A DNA stretch of 64,000 bases from an uncultured Muribaculaceae bacterium (GCA_964587565.1 CAZPLK010000002.1:56725-120724), one strand, 5' to 3'; numbered from the stretch's first letter, positions 10,532-18,984 are shown. The notes: generated from the letters alone by a model not told the origin. A program made the numbers and translations.

Positions 10532-12601
10532 TTAATATTCAACACCCTTATCATCTTCTTGATAAGAGAATTCGCCACTTGTATATGTAGTTTTATTACC
10601 TAAAATATCTTGTGCTTCAATTGTAAGAAAGTATATGTATCCTTTTTCCATTTTTACTGAAACTATACTATTTGTAGTTAGATCTATCCAATCATTTGAT
10701 CCACCAACAGGGGGTTCATTTAGTTTAAAAGATTTCCAACGATACCTAGCAAATTCTATTGTGCTGTTATCAGTTATATCAACATTTATCAAATATCTAG
10801 AAGTATAATTACAAATCGGAGGCATAGTGCCAGGCGGCTTAATACAACTTCCATTTGGATTAATAGTTATTCTAGGTCCTTCATTATCAATACTAAATGC
10901 ATTACTCCCTATTATTTTTTCGTTCCCAGCAGTATCAACCGCTTTTATCCACAAATAATAATTTCCTGTTTCTTTATCAGGCGTACTTATCGTGGCATTA
11001 TTAGATATTGTTTTATTAAAACTATTACTATTTGGTGGATTAGTTGACTTTGTCCACTGATAATAAATATTATTTATTGATCCATATGGCGAGTTAACAT
11101 TTACTTTTGTACTATGTGATTTTTTGAAATTAATGTCTCCATTTGGGCTAAATGAAATTTGAATACCTTCGTCAGTTACATTAAAAGCATTACTTCTTTC
11201 AATCGCAGTATTTCCTTCCACATCTTTTGCCATAACCCACAAATAATAACTCCCTGTTCCTCCTTTTGGTGTTGAAACAGTTTGCCCATTTGTGAAGGTT
11301 ATATTAAAATTACTTTCTTTTGGTGTTGCAGTACTGCTACTCCACAAATATTTTAAACTATTTAAATCTATTGCACTATGTTCGTCTGAAACAGTAATTT
11401 GTGTTTCATGAATTGGTGCAATAGAACTACTACCATTTGGGCTAAATGATACATTTGGTGGGATATTATCAGAAACAACAACTTTTCTAGAAACTTCGGT
11501 AATTTTATTTAAACTATTTGCCACCTTGTACCAAACTGTATATGATCCCACTCTATTGATATTAACATTTGAAGAAATGGATACTATATTAGTTAAGTCA
11601 CCATCATTTTTATCCAAAGCAATTACGCCAGCATCGCGATAAGTTTCACCCAAATTAATTACAGTTGGATTACTTCCTTTTAATTCAATAGTTGGATAAC
11701 TTGGATTAACAACAGTTATAGATCTATTTTTTTGTGTTTTATTTCCTGATGAATCGGCAGCAGTATATGTTATAAGATAAACCCCAGGTAAAGCACTTAT
11801 GTTTCCGGATACTTTCACATTAATAACTTCACGGGAATTATCAGAAACTTGGACACCATCCATATAATTAAAATTAGCAACTTCATCAACAGATAAAGTC
11901 GTATTTAATGGAATAGTTAATGTTGGGGGTTTGGTATCTCTTACTGTCACAGTTCTTATAACAGAAGACTTGACACCATTATATTCAGCTGTATATGTAA
12001 TTTTATACTGTAATAAAAAACTAGTATCTACTTTATTAACAATATTGTTATTTGATCTAATTTCTGTTTCTACATCATACAATAAAGAGCCATTAGGTTC
12101 TCTAGCAGACGCACCCTTTTCTATATACTCCTCATTTATTTCAACAATTTCATGAGCTTCACCGTTTAAAACAACTATTGGTGAGTCATAATTTATTATG
12201 TTATTTACTCCACCAGAATCTTCAACAATTTCATAATTCAATGAATTAACACCACGGATTATTAATATTTCCATATCATTCGGGAATTGTTGCTTATTTC
12301 TTGGATCTTTTATATCATCTTTTACAAATTTACCAACTTTTAATTGGCCTAAAGTCAATGTTATTTTTTCACCTTCGTTTTCTGGTAATAAATCAACATT
12401 ACTAGCAGCCCAATCTTTTGCTGCACTTTCAATAGTTGAGAGTTGTGCTGAGTATAATTCTTCCCTACTTTGTCTAACTACCCTATCAATTGCTGGTATC
12501 GCGACAAGTGAAATTATACCTATTATAAGTATTACTGCTAGCAACTCAATTAATGTAAATCCTTTACTTTTTTTAAAATTATTTGTTTCTTTACTACTCA
12601 T
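10532..12601 (-). CDS. Modular type IV pilin-like protein, 689 aa (prepilin signal + pilin head + 6 beta-sandwich modules)
   Basis: Leader MSSKETNNFKKSKG|FTLIELLAVILIIGIISLVAIPA (Gly-1, Phe+1, Glu+5). Three DUF5011-like ~78-aa modules, two ~98-aa modules of a second type, and a Cys-containing cap module. AGGAGG RBS lies 5 nt upstream of the ATG. Confidence 0.8.
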   Translation of the reverse strand: MSSKETNNFKKSKGFTLIELLAVILIIGIISLVAIPAIDRVVRQSREELYSAQLSTIESAAKDWAASNVDLLPENEGEKITLTLGQLKVGKFVKDDIKDPRNKQQFPNDMEILIIRGVNSLNYEIVEDSGGVNNIINYDSPIVVLNGEAHEIVEINEEYIEKGASAREPNGSLLYDVETEIRSNNNIVNKVDTSFLLQYKITYTAEYNGVKSSVIRTVTVRDTKPPTLTIPLNTTLSVDEVANFNYMDGVQVSDNSREVINVKVSGNISALPGVYLITYTAADSSGNKTQKNRSITVVNPSYPTIELKGSNPTVINLGETYRDAGVIALDKNDGDLTNIVSISSNVNINRVGSYTVWYKVANSLNKITEVSRKVVVSDNIPPNVSFSPNGSSSIAPIHETQITVSDEHSAIDLNSLKYLWSSSTATPKESNFNITFTNGQTVSTPKGGTGSYYLWVMAKDVEGNTAIERSNAFNVTDEGIQISFSPNGDINFKKSHSTKVNVNSPYGSINNIYYQWTKSTNPPNSNSFNKTISNNATISTPDKETGNYYLWIKAVDTAGNEKIIGSNAFSIDNEGPRITINPNGSCIKPPGTMPPICNYTSRYLINVDITDNSTIEFARYRWKSFKLNEPPVGGSNDWIDLTTNSIVSVKMEKGYIYFLTIEAQDILGNKTTYTSGEFSYQEDDKGVEY

Positions 12602-12621
12602 TTTTTCCTCCTATTATATTA

Positions 12622-12650
12622 ATTATATAATCACATTTATTTATTGTCAA
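12622..12650 (-). promoter_or_regulatory. Consensus sigma-A promoter of the 689-aa pilin-like gene
   Basis: Minus strand reads TTGACA (12650-12645), a 17-nt spacer, then TATAAT (12627-12622). The AGGAGG RBS follows. Confidence 0.65.
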
Positions 12651-12671
12651 AAAAACTCACATATATTGTGT

Positions 12672-12707
12672 AAAGTAAAAGAAAAGATCACCTCGTAGTG
12701 ATCTTTT
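12672..12707 (-). terminator. Rho-independent terminator after the ~1599-aa pilin-like gene
   Basis: Stem AAAAGATCAC/GTGATCTTTT (12682-12691 / 12698-12707) with a 6-nt loop. The minus strand continues TTTTCTTTTAC. Confidence 0.7.
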
Positions 12708-12717
12708 AATAGTTTAC

Positions 12718-15700
12718 CTAACAAAAACATATTCCTCCACCCGGCGGACAACAAGGATCATCTGGGGATTTTGATCTATATAAATTACTTATAAAAGTTG
12801 ACTTATTTCCAAGTGAATCGGTTGCTATAATTTTTAATCTATATGATTCATCCAATATTATTCTAGGAGAATTTATTATTCCATTAGCTGGTAACATAAA
12901 TAGTGGATAGTTTTCTTCCCCAGTTTTTACCCAACCATAAGAGGCCGATGGTATAAATACCGGACTACTTATTATAACTTTCACCTCGTATTCAGGTTTA
13001 TAGTTACAATCTGACCCTCCCAGTGATTCTGGGAAATAATTGTTTGGAGTATCGCCCAAATCAGGAAACTTTGGATCATGAGGAACAGTTGGATCTATTG
13101 GCGTAGGCGGCCTTGAGGTTTTACAAGAACCGTTTGGATCAACCTTTATAGTTGGTCCAGTATCAGCCACGCGGAAACCAACACTTCTAGTAGTTGTTAC
13201 GTTTCCGATCTCATCCTCGGCACTAATCCATAAATAATATATCCCAGTTACATTGGATGGCGTTGTTAATTTGGTTCCTTTTGCAGATAATTTATTAACG
13301 AAATCTGACCTAGACGGAGTTGATGTGCTATTAGTCCAAAGATAATATAAACTACCTAAATCTGAATGTTCATCCAAAATAGATACTGTAACATCATGAC
13401 TCCTTGCATACGTATTATAATTATTTGAATGAGTGAAAGTTACCTCTGGTGGAGTATTATCAATATAAAATGCATTAGTTCTTTTCTTTGCAACATTACC
13501 AGCAGTGTCTTTTGCTATTACCCACAAATAATATTTACCAGTCACATTAGAAGGTGTCATAATATTGGCATTATTATTGAATGGGGAAGTAAATACTGCC
13601 TCAATAGGTTCAGCCATTGATGTAGACCAAACAAATTTTAAACTAGCATTATTTACACTACTATGAGCATCTGTTACAGATACTTTAACACTTCTAGATC
13701 TAGCATATGTTGTGTTACCTGTTGTATCAAAATTTATAACAGGTGGTACATTATCTATTACCATTACTGTTCTTGTGGCAGTAGTTTGATTATTGGAAGA
13801 ATCTGATACCTTGTAAGTTATAGTGTAATTCCCTGGTCTATTAACGTTTACTGTTCCAGTAACTGCAATTTTATGAGTTATATCACCATCAACATCATCC
13901 ATGGCAGTAGCTCCAGCATCAACATATGTTGTGCCAACATTAATTAAAACAGGATTACTTCCCTTTAATGTTATTACAGGTGCTGTATTATCCGCAACTA
14001 TTACTGTCCTTACAACAGGTGTAGCATAATTACCGCTGCTGTCAGCTGCCTTATAAGTTATTTTATATGAGCCTGGTACATTAACGTTTACAGTTCCAGT
14101 TGCTGTTGCAACTATATTTGTATCAACATTATCAGTCACCGTAACACCAGGATCCATGAAGCTTGAACCTAGATCAATACGCATGTTTGCACTACCTTTT
14201 AATGTTATCACAGGGGGAATATTGTCTAAATTAAATGCGTTACTTCTTTCAATTGAAGTATTTCCAACAGAATCTTTAGCTAATATCCATAAATAATATC
14301 TCCCACTAGCACCTGAAGGTGTTACAATCGTATTCCCATTAACAAATGAGCTAGAAAAACTTCCTTCACTTGGTGTTGATGTACTTGTACTCCACAAATA
14401 TTTTAAACTGCTTGTATTTACATTACTGTGAGTATCAGTAACTGTTACTTTTGTACTATGACTTTGTTTATATGTACTATTACCTTTCGAACTAAACGAT
14501 ATTACTGGTGGTACATTATCAACTACATTTACTGTCCTTTTAGCTGTTGCTTTATTACCAGCGGTGTCAGATACAGTATACGTTATAGTGTATGTACCTG
14601 GTATATTTATATTTATAGTTCCGCTTGTTGTTATTCGCGATGTAATATTACCATCCACATTATCAGTCGCTGTTGCTCCAGCATCAGTATATGTTCCTCC
14701 TACATTTAGAGTAACTATAGAGTCTCCATTTAACGTTATTACTGGTTTAGTATTATCTAGTCTAAACACATTACTTCTTTGAATTTTTCTATTTCCTGCA
14801 GTATCTTCTGCTAGTATCCATAAGTAATAATTTCCACTTACTCCTGTTGGAGTAGATATTGTACCATTATTATTAAAGTTAATTGTAAAACTACTTACAC
14901 TTGGTGTTGATGTACTTGTACTCCATAAATATTTCAAACTACTTGTATTTACTTTACTGTGAGCATCCGTAACTGTTACTTTTGTACTATGACTTTGTTT
15001 ATATGTACTATTACCATTTGTACCAAATGATATTACTGGTGGTATATTATCAACTACATTTACTGTCCTTTTAGCTGTTGCTTTATTACCAGCTGAATCG
15101 GATACAGTATACGTTATTGTATATGTACCAGGTATATTTATGTTTACAGTTCCACTTGTTGTAATATTATTTGTTACATCTCCATCAACGTCATCAATTG
15201 CAGTTGCACCTTCATCTTTATAAGATGTCCCTACATTTACTATTGCTGGATTACTCCCTTTAATGGTTATTACAGGTGCCTCACTATCAATTACAACAAC
15301 AGTTCGCTTAACAGGCGTAGCGACATTACCAGCCGAATCAGATACATTATAAGTTATTGTATATGTACCAACTTTATTAATATTTACAGAACCTGATACT
15401 ATTATTTTATTTGTAATATTACCATCAATATTATCACTAGCTGTCGCACCGGGATCTTGGAATGTACTTCCCCTATTAATAGTCATAGATGAACTACCAG
15501 TTAGTGTTATTACTGGTTTAACATTATCTAAATTAAAAGCATTACTTCTTTGAATAGAGGTGTTACCAGCTTTATCTAAAGCTTTTATCCATAAATAATA
15601 TGTTCCAGTTTGATTACTAGGTAATGAAAGGTTACTTTCGTTTGTAAACGAATTTGTAAATAATTGTTCATTTGGTGTAGTTGTACTTACATGCCATAAA

Positions 15701-17517
15701 TATCTTAAATTTCCATTATCAACGCCACTGTGAGCATCAGTAACCGTTACTTTTGTATTATGATTTTGTTTATATGTACTATTACCATTTGGGCTAAACG
15801 ATATTACTGGCGGTATATTATCAACTACATTTACTGTTCTTGTTGCAGTCGATACCGTTCCAGCACTGTTTTTAACAGTATAAGTTATCTTATATGATCC
15901 TATTACATTCATATTTATAGTTCCGCTTGTTGTAATATTTGAAGTTATATTACCATCAATCGCATCAGTCGCTGTCGCGCCTGGATCTTTATATGAAGTA
16001 CCAACATTAACGGTCATTGGGTTTTGACCTAATAAATTTAAAGTTGGTGCTGTATTATTTAATTTAAAGACATTAGTTCTTTGAATTTTAGTATTGCCTG
16101 CAACATCTGAAGCTTTTATCCATAAGTAATAATCACCAGTTACATCCCTTGGTGTATTAATAGTGCCATTGTTAGTAAATGTATTAGTAAAATCCCCTTC
16201 TTTTGGAGTTGAAGTTGATGTACTCCATAAATATTTTAAACTTTGATTATCCACAATACTATGAGCATCTGTTACTATTACCTTTGTACTATGATTTCTT
16301 GCATATTTTGAATTACCATTTGGTTCAAATGCTATAACCGGTGGAATATTATCAACTACATATATTGTCCTTACAACAGTTGTTGTATTACCAAATTTAT
16401 TAGTTACAGAATAAGTTACATTGTAAGTACCTGGTCTACTTGGATTTATATTTGTATTAATTAACACTTTATTTGTCAAATTACCTTCACTTTTATCATG
16501 AGCTGTAAACCCAGGCTCCATATATGAAGTGTCAACGTATATAGATAAGGGATTATTCCCTTTTAAAACAATTTCCGGATGACTAGCACTTATTACCGTA
16601 ATATACCTTGTTTTTTTAGTTTCATTTCCTGATGGATCTTTAGCTATATAAGTGATTAAATACTGCCCTGGCATGGTGCTTAAATTTCCTTTTACCTCAA
16701 CAGAAACATCACCTAATGAATTATCTGACGTTTTTACACCTTCCATGAAATCAAAACTTGCAACTTCTTCATCAAATATAGTTATATTACTTGGTATAGT
16801 TAAAACCGGTGGAATTGTATCTTTGATTGATACAGTTCTTACAACCGAAGAACTCCTGCCATCATGAGTAACGGTGTATATAACTTTATATTGTGTAAGT
16901 TTATTAGTTTCAATATTTGAAACAGTTTTATCATTTAATTTAATGACAATATCTATATTATCTAGAAGCACACCATTTGGATCCCTTGCCTCTGCACCTT
17001 TTTCATTATAATAGGAATTTATTTCAACAATCTCATGAGCTAAACCATTTAAAACAATAGTTGGAGCATCATAATCAATTTCGTCATCTACTCCACCTGA
17101 ATTTTCGATGATTTCATATTTATAACTATTCATAACGCGATGAACAACTATTTCCATATCATTTGGAAATAGTTTCCTATTTCTAGGATCTTTTATATCT
17201 TTTTGGACAAATCCACCCTTTTTTAATTGACCAAGAGTTAATGTGATTTGTTCGCCATCATTTTCAGGTAAAAGTGTAGGATATGTTGAAGACCAACTCT
17301 TAACCCCTTCTTCAATATTATCCATTTGAGTTTGGTACAACTCTTCCCTACTTTGTCTCATCAATCTTCCAACAGTCGGAACTACAATAACTGAAACGAT
17401 ACCAATAATAAATATCACCGCTAGTAGTTCAACTAAAGTAAAAGCCTTTTTAATTTGTTTTTTAGAATTTTCATCTATTATTCTTTGATTAATTTTTTTT
17501 ATAATATTTTTCAACAT
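12718..17517 (-). CDS. Giant modular type IV pilin-like protein, ~1599 aa (prepilin signal + pilin head + 16 beta-sandwich modules + Cys-rich tail)
   Basis: ...QIKKA|FTLVELLAVIFIIGIVSVIVVPT (Ala-1, Phe+1, Glu+5). The N-terminal ~330 aa are paralogous to the 689-aa neighbour. It has 9 DUF5011-like modules, 6 modules of a second ~98-aa type and a cap module, and ends in PDDPCCPPGGGICFC. The likely start is the ATG at 17517 (AAAGAGG RBS); the tracked TTG at 17535 lies upstream of that RBS. Confidence 0.8.
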   Translation of the reverse strand: MLKNIIKKINQRIIDENSKKQIKKAFTLVELLAVIFIIGIVSVIVVPTVGRLMRQSREELYQTQMDNIEEGVKSWSSTYPTLLPENDGEQITLTLGQLKKGGFVQKDIKDPRNRKLFPNDMEIVVHRVMNSYKYEIIENSGGVDDEIDYDAPTIVLNGLAHEIVEINSYYNEKGAEARDPNGVLLDNIDIVIKLNDKTVSNIETNKLTQYKVIYTVTHDGRSSSVVRTVSIKDTIPPVLTIPSNITIFDEEVASFDFMEGVKTSDNSLGDVSVEVKGNLSTMPGQYLITYIAKDPSGNETKKTRYITVISASHPEIVLKGNNPLSIYVDTSYMEPGFTAHDKSEGNLTNKVLINTNINPSRPGTYNVTYSVTNKFGNTTTVVRTIYVVDNIPPVIAFEPNGNSKYARNHSTKVIVTDAHSIVDNQSLKYLWSTSTSTPKEGDFTNTFTNNGTINTPRDVTGDYYLWIKASDVAGNTKIQRTNVFKLNNTAPTLNLLGQNPMTVNVGTSYKDPGATATDAIDGNITSNITTSGTINMNVIGSYKITYTVKNSAGTVSTATRTVNVVDNIPPVISFSPNGNSTYKQNHNTKVTVTDAHSGVDNGNLRYLWHVSTTTPNEQLFTNSFTNESNLSLPSNQTGTYYLWIKALDKAGNTSIQRSNAFNLDNVKPVITLTGSSSMTINRGSTFQDPGATASDNIDGNITNKIIVSGSVNINKVGTYTITYNVSDSAGNVATPVKRTVVVIDSEAPVITIKGSNPAIVNVGTSYKDEGATAIDDVDGDVTNNITTSGTVNINIPGTYTITYTVSDSAGNKATAKRTVNVVDNIPPVISFGTNGNSTYKQSHSTKVTVTDAHSKVNTSSLKYLWSTSTSTPSVSSFTINFNNNGTISTPTGVSGNYYLWILAEDTAGNRKIQRSNVFRLDNTKPVITLNGDSIVTLNVGGTYTDAGATATDNVDGNITSRITTSGTININIPGTYTITYTVSDTAGNKATAKRTVNVVDNVPPVISFSSKGNSTYKQSHSTKVTVTDTHSNVNTSSLKYLWSTSTSTPSEGSFSSSFVNGNTIVTPSGASGRYYLWILAKDSVGNTSIERSNAFNLDNIPPVITLKGSANMRIDLGSSFMDPGVTVTDNVDTNIVATATGTVNVNVPGSYKITYKAADSSGNYATPVVRTVIVADNTAPVITLKGSNPVLINVGTTYVDAGATAMDDVDGDITHKIAVTGTVNVNRPGNYTITYKVSDSSNNQTTATRTVMVIDNVPPVINFDTTGNTTYARSRSVKVSVTDAHSSVNNASLKFVWSTSMAEPIEAVFTSPFNNNANIMTPSNVTGKYYLWVIAKDTAGNVAKKRTNAFYIDNTPPEVTFTHSNNYNTYARSHDVTVSILDEHSDLGSLYYLWTNSTSTPSRSDFVNKLSAKGTKLTTPSNVTGIYYLWISAEDEIGNVTTTRSVGFRVADTGPTIKVDPNGSCKTSRPPTPIDPTVPHDPKFPDLGDTPNNYFPESLGGSDCNYKPEYEVKVIISSPVFIPSASYGWVKTGEENYPLFMLPANGIINSPRIILDESYRLKIIATDSLGNKSTFISNLYRSKSPDDPCCPPGGGICFC
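14371..14632 (-). repeat. Copy 1 of a recent ~531-bp-offset intragenic duplication
   Basis: Aligns by eye to 14902-15163 with about 22 mismatches in ~262 nt. The offset of 531 bp equals 177 codons, i.e. one short plus one long module. Confidence 0.8.
14902..15163 (-). repeat. Copy 2 of a recent ~531-bp-offset intragenic duplication
   Basis: See 14371-14632. Protein level: ITTSGTVNINIPGTYTITYTVSDSAGNKATAKRTVNVVDNIPPVISF...STYKQSHSTKVTVTDAHS versus the near-identical downstream copy. Confidence 0.8.
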
Positions 17518-17547
17518 CAGCAATACCTCTTTCAATCGTATATTTCA

Positions 17548-17576
17548 ATTATATATTTTATGTAGAAAATTGTCAA
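17548..17576 (-). promoter_or_regulatory. Consensus sigma-A promoter of the giant pilin-like gene
   Basis: Minus strand reads TTGACA (17576-17571), a 17-nt spacer, then TATAAT (17553-17548). Confidence 0.65.
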
Positions 17577-17594
17577 TAAAACACATAGAAATAA

Positions 17595-18941
17595 CTACAT
17601 ATTTTTTAAATATGTAGTTATTTTTTCTAACTGCATTTTTCGGGACCCTTTTATTAAAATAATACAATTACTTAAATCCATTTCTTTCAAATGATTTACT
17701 AATTGAACATTATCTTGAAAGTGATAATATTTTCTTTTTAATACTTTCATTTCTTCTCCTACTAAAAGTACTGTTTTATTATGAATCCTCTTTAATTTTC
17801 TATGAATTTTTTTATGAATAATTTTACTGTATTTCCCGAGCTCTAAAATATCTCCTAAAATTATTATTTTGTGTAATGGATGTTTTTCTAATAAATTTAA
17901 CACACCTATTAATGATTCATAACTAGAATTGTAACAATCTTCAATTAATATATTATTTTTTCTAAGTTTTTGCACATTCATTCTTTTATCAATTGCTTTA
18001 AAATTTCCAATTCTTTTTAATATATCTTTAATAGGAATTTTATAAATTAATCCTACTTTTATTGCCAATAATACATTAGTAATTAAATGAATACCAGGGA
18101 TATTAAATACAACATCATACTCTTTATTTTCTACTTGTATTTGAAAAGTAGTTTTATCAAAGTACTGCTTAATATTGTAAGCAATTAAATCATTACTCTC
18201 TTTCAACCCACACTTAAAAATATTAAAATTTTTATACTTGTGTTTTTTTAAAAATTTATCATCACCATTAATAACTATAACACCTGAATTCATACCACTT
18301 AATATTTCTAGTTTTGATTTAAAAATATTTCTTACTGAACCTAAATTACCTATATGAGATGTGCCTATATTTGTAATTACTGAAGTAGTAGGTTTACACA
18401 ATTCCGATAGTTGCTTTATCTCCCCTTTGTGATTCATTCCTAGTTCCATTACCACTATATTATGTTTCTCATTTAATTCAAACATTGTTTTAGGAACCCC
18501 TATATGATTATTATTACTTTTTTTACTCTTTAACACGTTGTAATTTGTAGACAATATATATGATATTAAATCTTTAGTAGTAGTTTTACCAACACTACCT
18601 GTTACTGCAATTAGTGGTATATTATATAGTTTTCTTTTATAATCAGCTATATTAATTAACACTTCATATGTGTTTTTAACTTTTATTATAGGTACTGATG
18701 TTTCAAAACCTATATTCCTTTCAGTTATAATTGCACCAGCACCTTTATTAAGTGCATCTTTGATATAATCATGACCGTCATATTTTAAACCAACAATTGC
18801 AATAAATAAATCACCATTTTTTATTAATCTACTGTCTAATCTTATTTTTTTTATTTTATTGAATTTAGGATTATATTCATTAATAATCTTTCCTTTACAT
18901 ACCTCTAGCAAACTTTTAATTTCCATTAAATCACCTTTCAT
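17595..18941 (-). CDS. murF: UDP-MurNAc-tripeptide--D-alanyl-D-alanine ligase MurF
   Basis: Mur ligase P-loop GSVGKTTTKD and overall MurF layout. An alternative start (ATG at 18926, MEIKSLL) is equally plausible. Confidence 0.85.
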   Translation of the reverse strand: MKGDLMEIKSLLEVCKGKIINEYNPKFNKIKKIRLDSRLIKNGDLFIAIVGLKYDGHDYIKDALNKGAGAIITERNIGFETSVPIIKVKNTYEVLINIADYKRKLYNIPLIAVTGSVGKTTTKDLISYILSTNYNVLKSKKSNNNHIGVPKTMFELNEKHNIVVMELGMNHKGEIKQLSELCKPTTSVITNIGTSHIGNLGSVRNIFKSKLEILSGMNSGVIVINGDDKFLKKHKYKNFNIFKCGLKESNDLIAYNIKQYFDKTTFQIQVENKEYDVVFNIPGIHLITNVLLAIKVGLIYKIPIKDILKRIGNFKAIDKRMNVQKLRKNNILIEDCYNSSYESLIGVLNLLEKHPLHKIIILGDILELGKYSKIIHKKIHRKLKRIHNKTVLLVGEEMKVLKRKYYHFQDNVQLVNHLKEMDLSNCIILIKGSRKMQLEKITTYLKNM

Positions 18942-18984
18942 CGACTATCCTTAATACATCTTATTCAGTTTGATAAAAATAACA

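Larger units (their letters stand above)
13100..17070 (-). repeat. In-frame tandem array of domain-coding repeats inside the giant pilin-like gene
   Basis: Translation shows two alternating module types: ~78 aa (P.I.L.G.NP....G..Y.D.GATA.D..DG.IT......G..N.N..G.Y.ITY.V.D..GN......R.V.V.D) and ~98 aa (N.PPVISF.PNGNS.Y...H..KV.V.D.HS.....L.Y.WS.S...P....G.YYLWI.A.D.AGN). Confidence 0.85.

Noticed and set aside
13429-16867. Plus-strand ORFs 13429-13620, 14428-14709, 14564-14782 and 16652-16867 opposite the giant pilin-like gene
   Set aside because: These are antisense shadows of a 4.8 kb ORF whose translation gives coherent repeated domains. The antisense products are Cys/Ile/Tyr-rich nonsense without start signals.
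13100-17070. Regular sequence periodicity that could be mistaken for a CRISPR array or satellite
   Set aside because: The period is ~230-300 bp per module (531 bp per module pair), always a multiple of 3 and in one open frame. The repeats are divergent rather than identical short units separated by unique spacers. They encode Ig-like domains.
10532-17535. Interpretation of the pilin-like genes as competence pseudopilins (comGC-GG)
   Set aside because: Com pseudopilins are ~100-150 aa and sit in a comGA-GG operon with an ATPase and a platform protein. Neither the size nor the context fits here.
17593-17619. Hairpin AACTACATAT-TTTTTAA-ATATGTAGTT at the 3' end of murF as a terminator
   Set aside because: It lies mostly inside the murF coding sequence. 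On the minus strand it is followed by only a modest T-rich tract (TATTTCTATGTGTTTT). It is plausible but too weak to list as a feature. It may nevertheless insulate the pilin promoter that follows.
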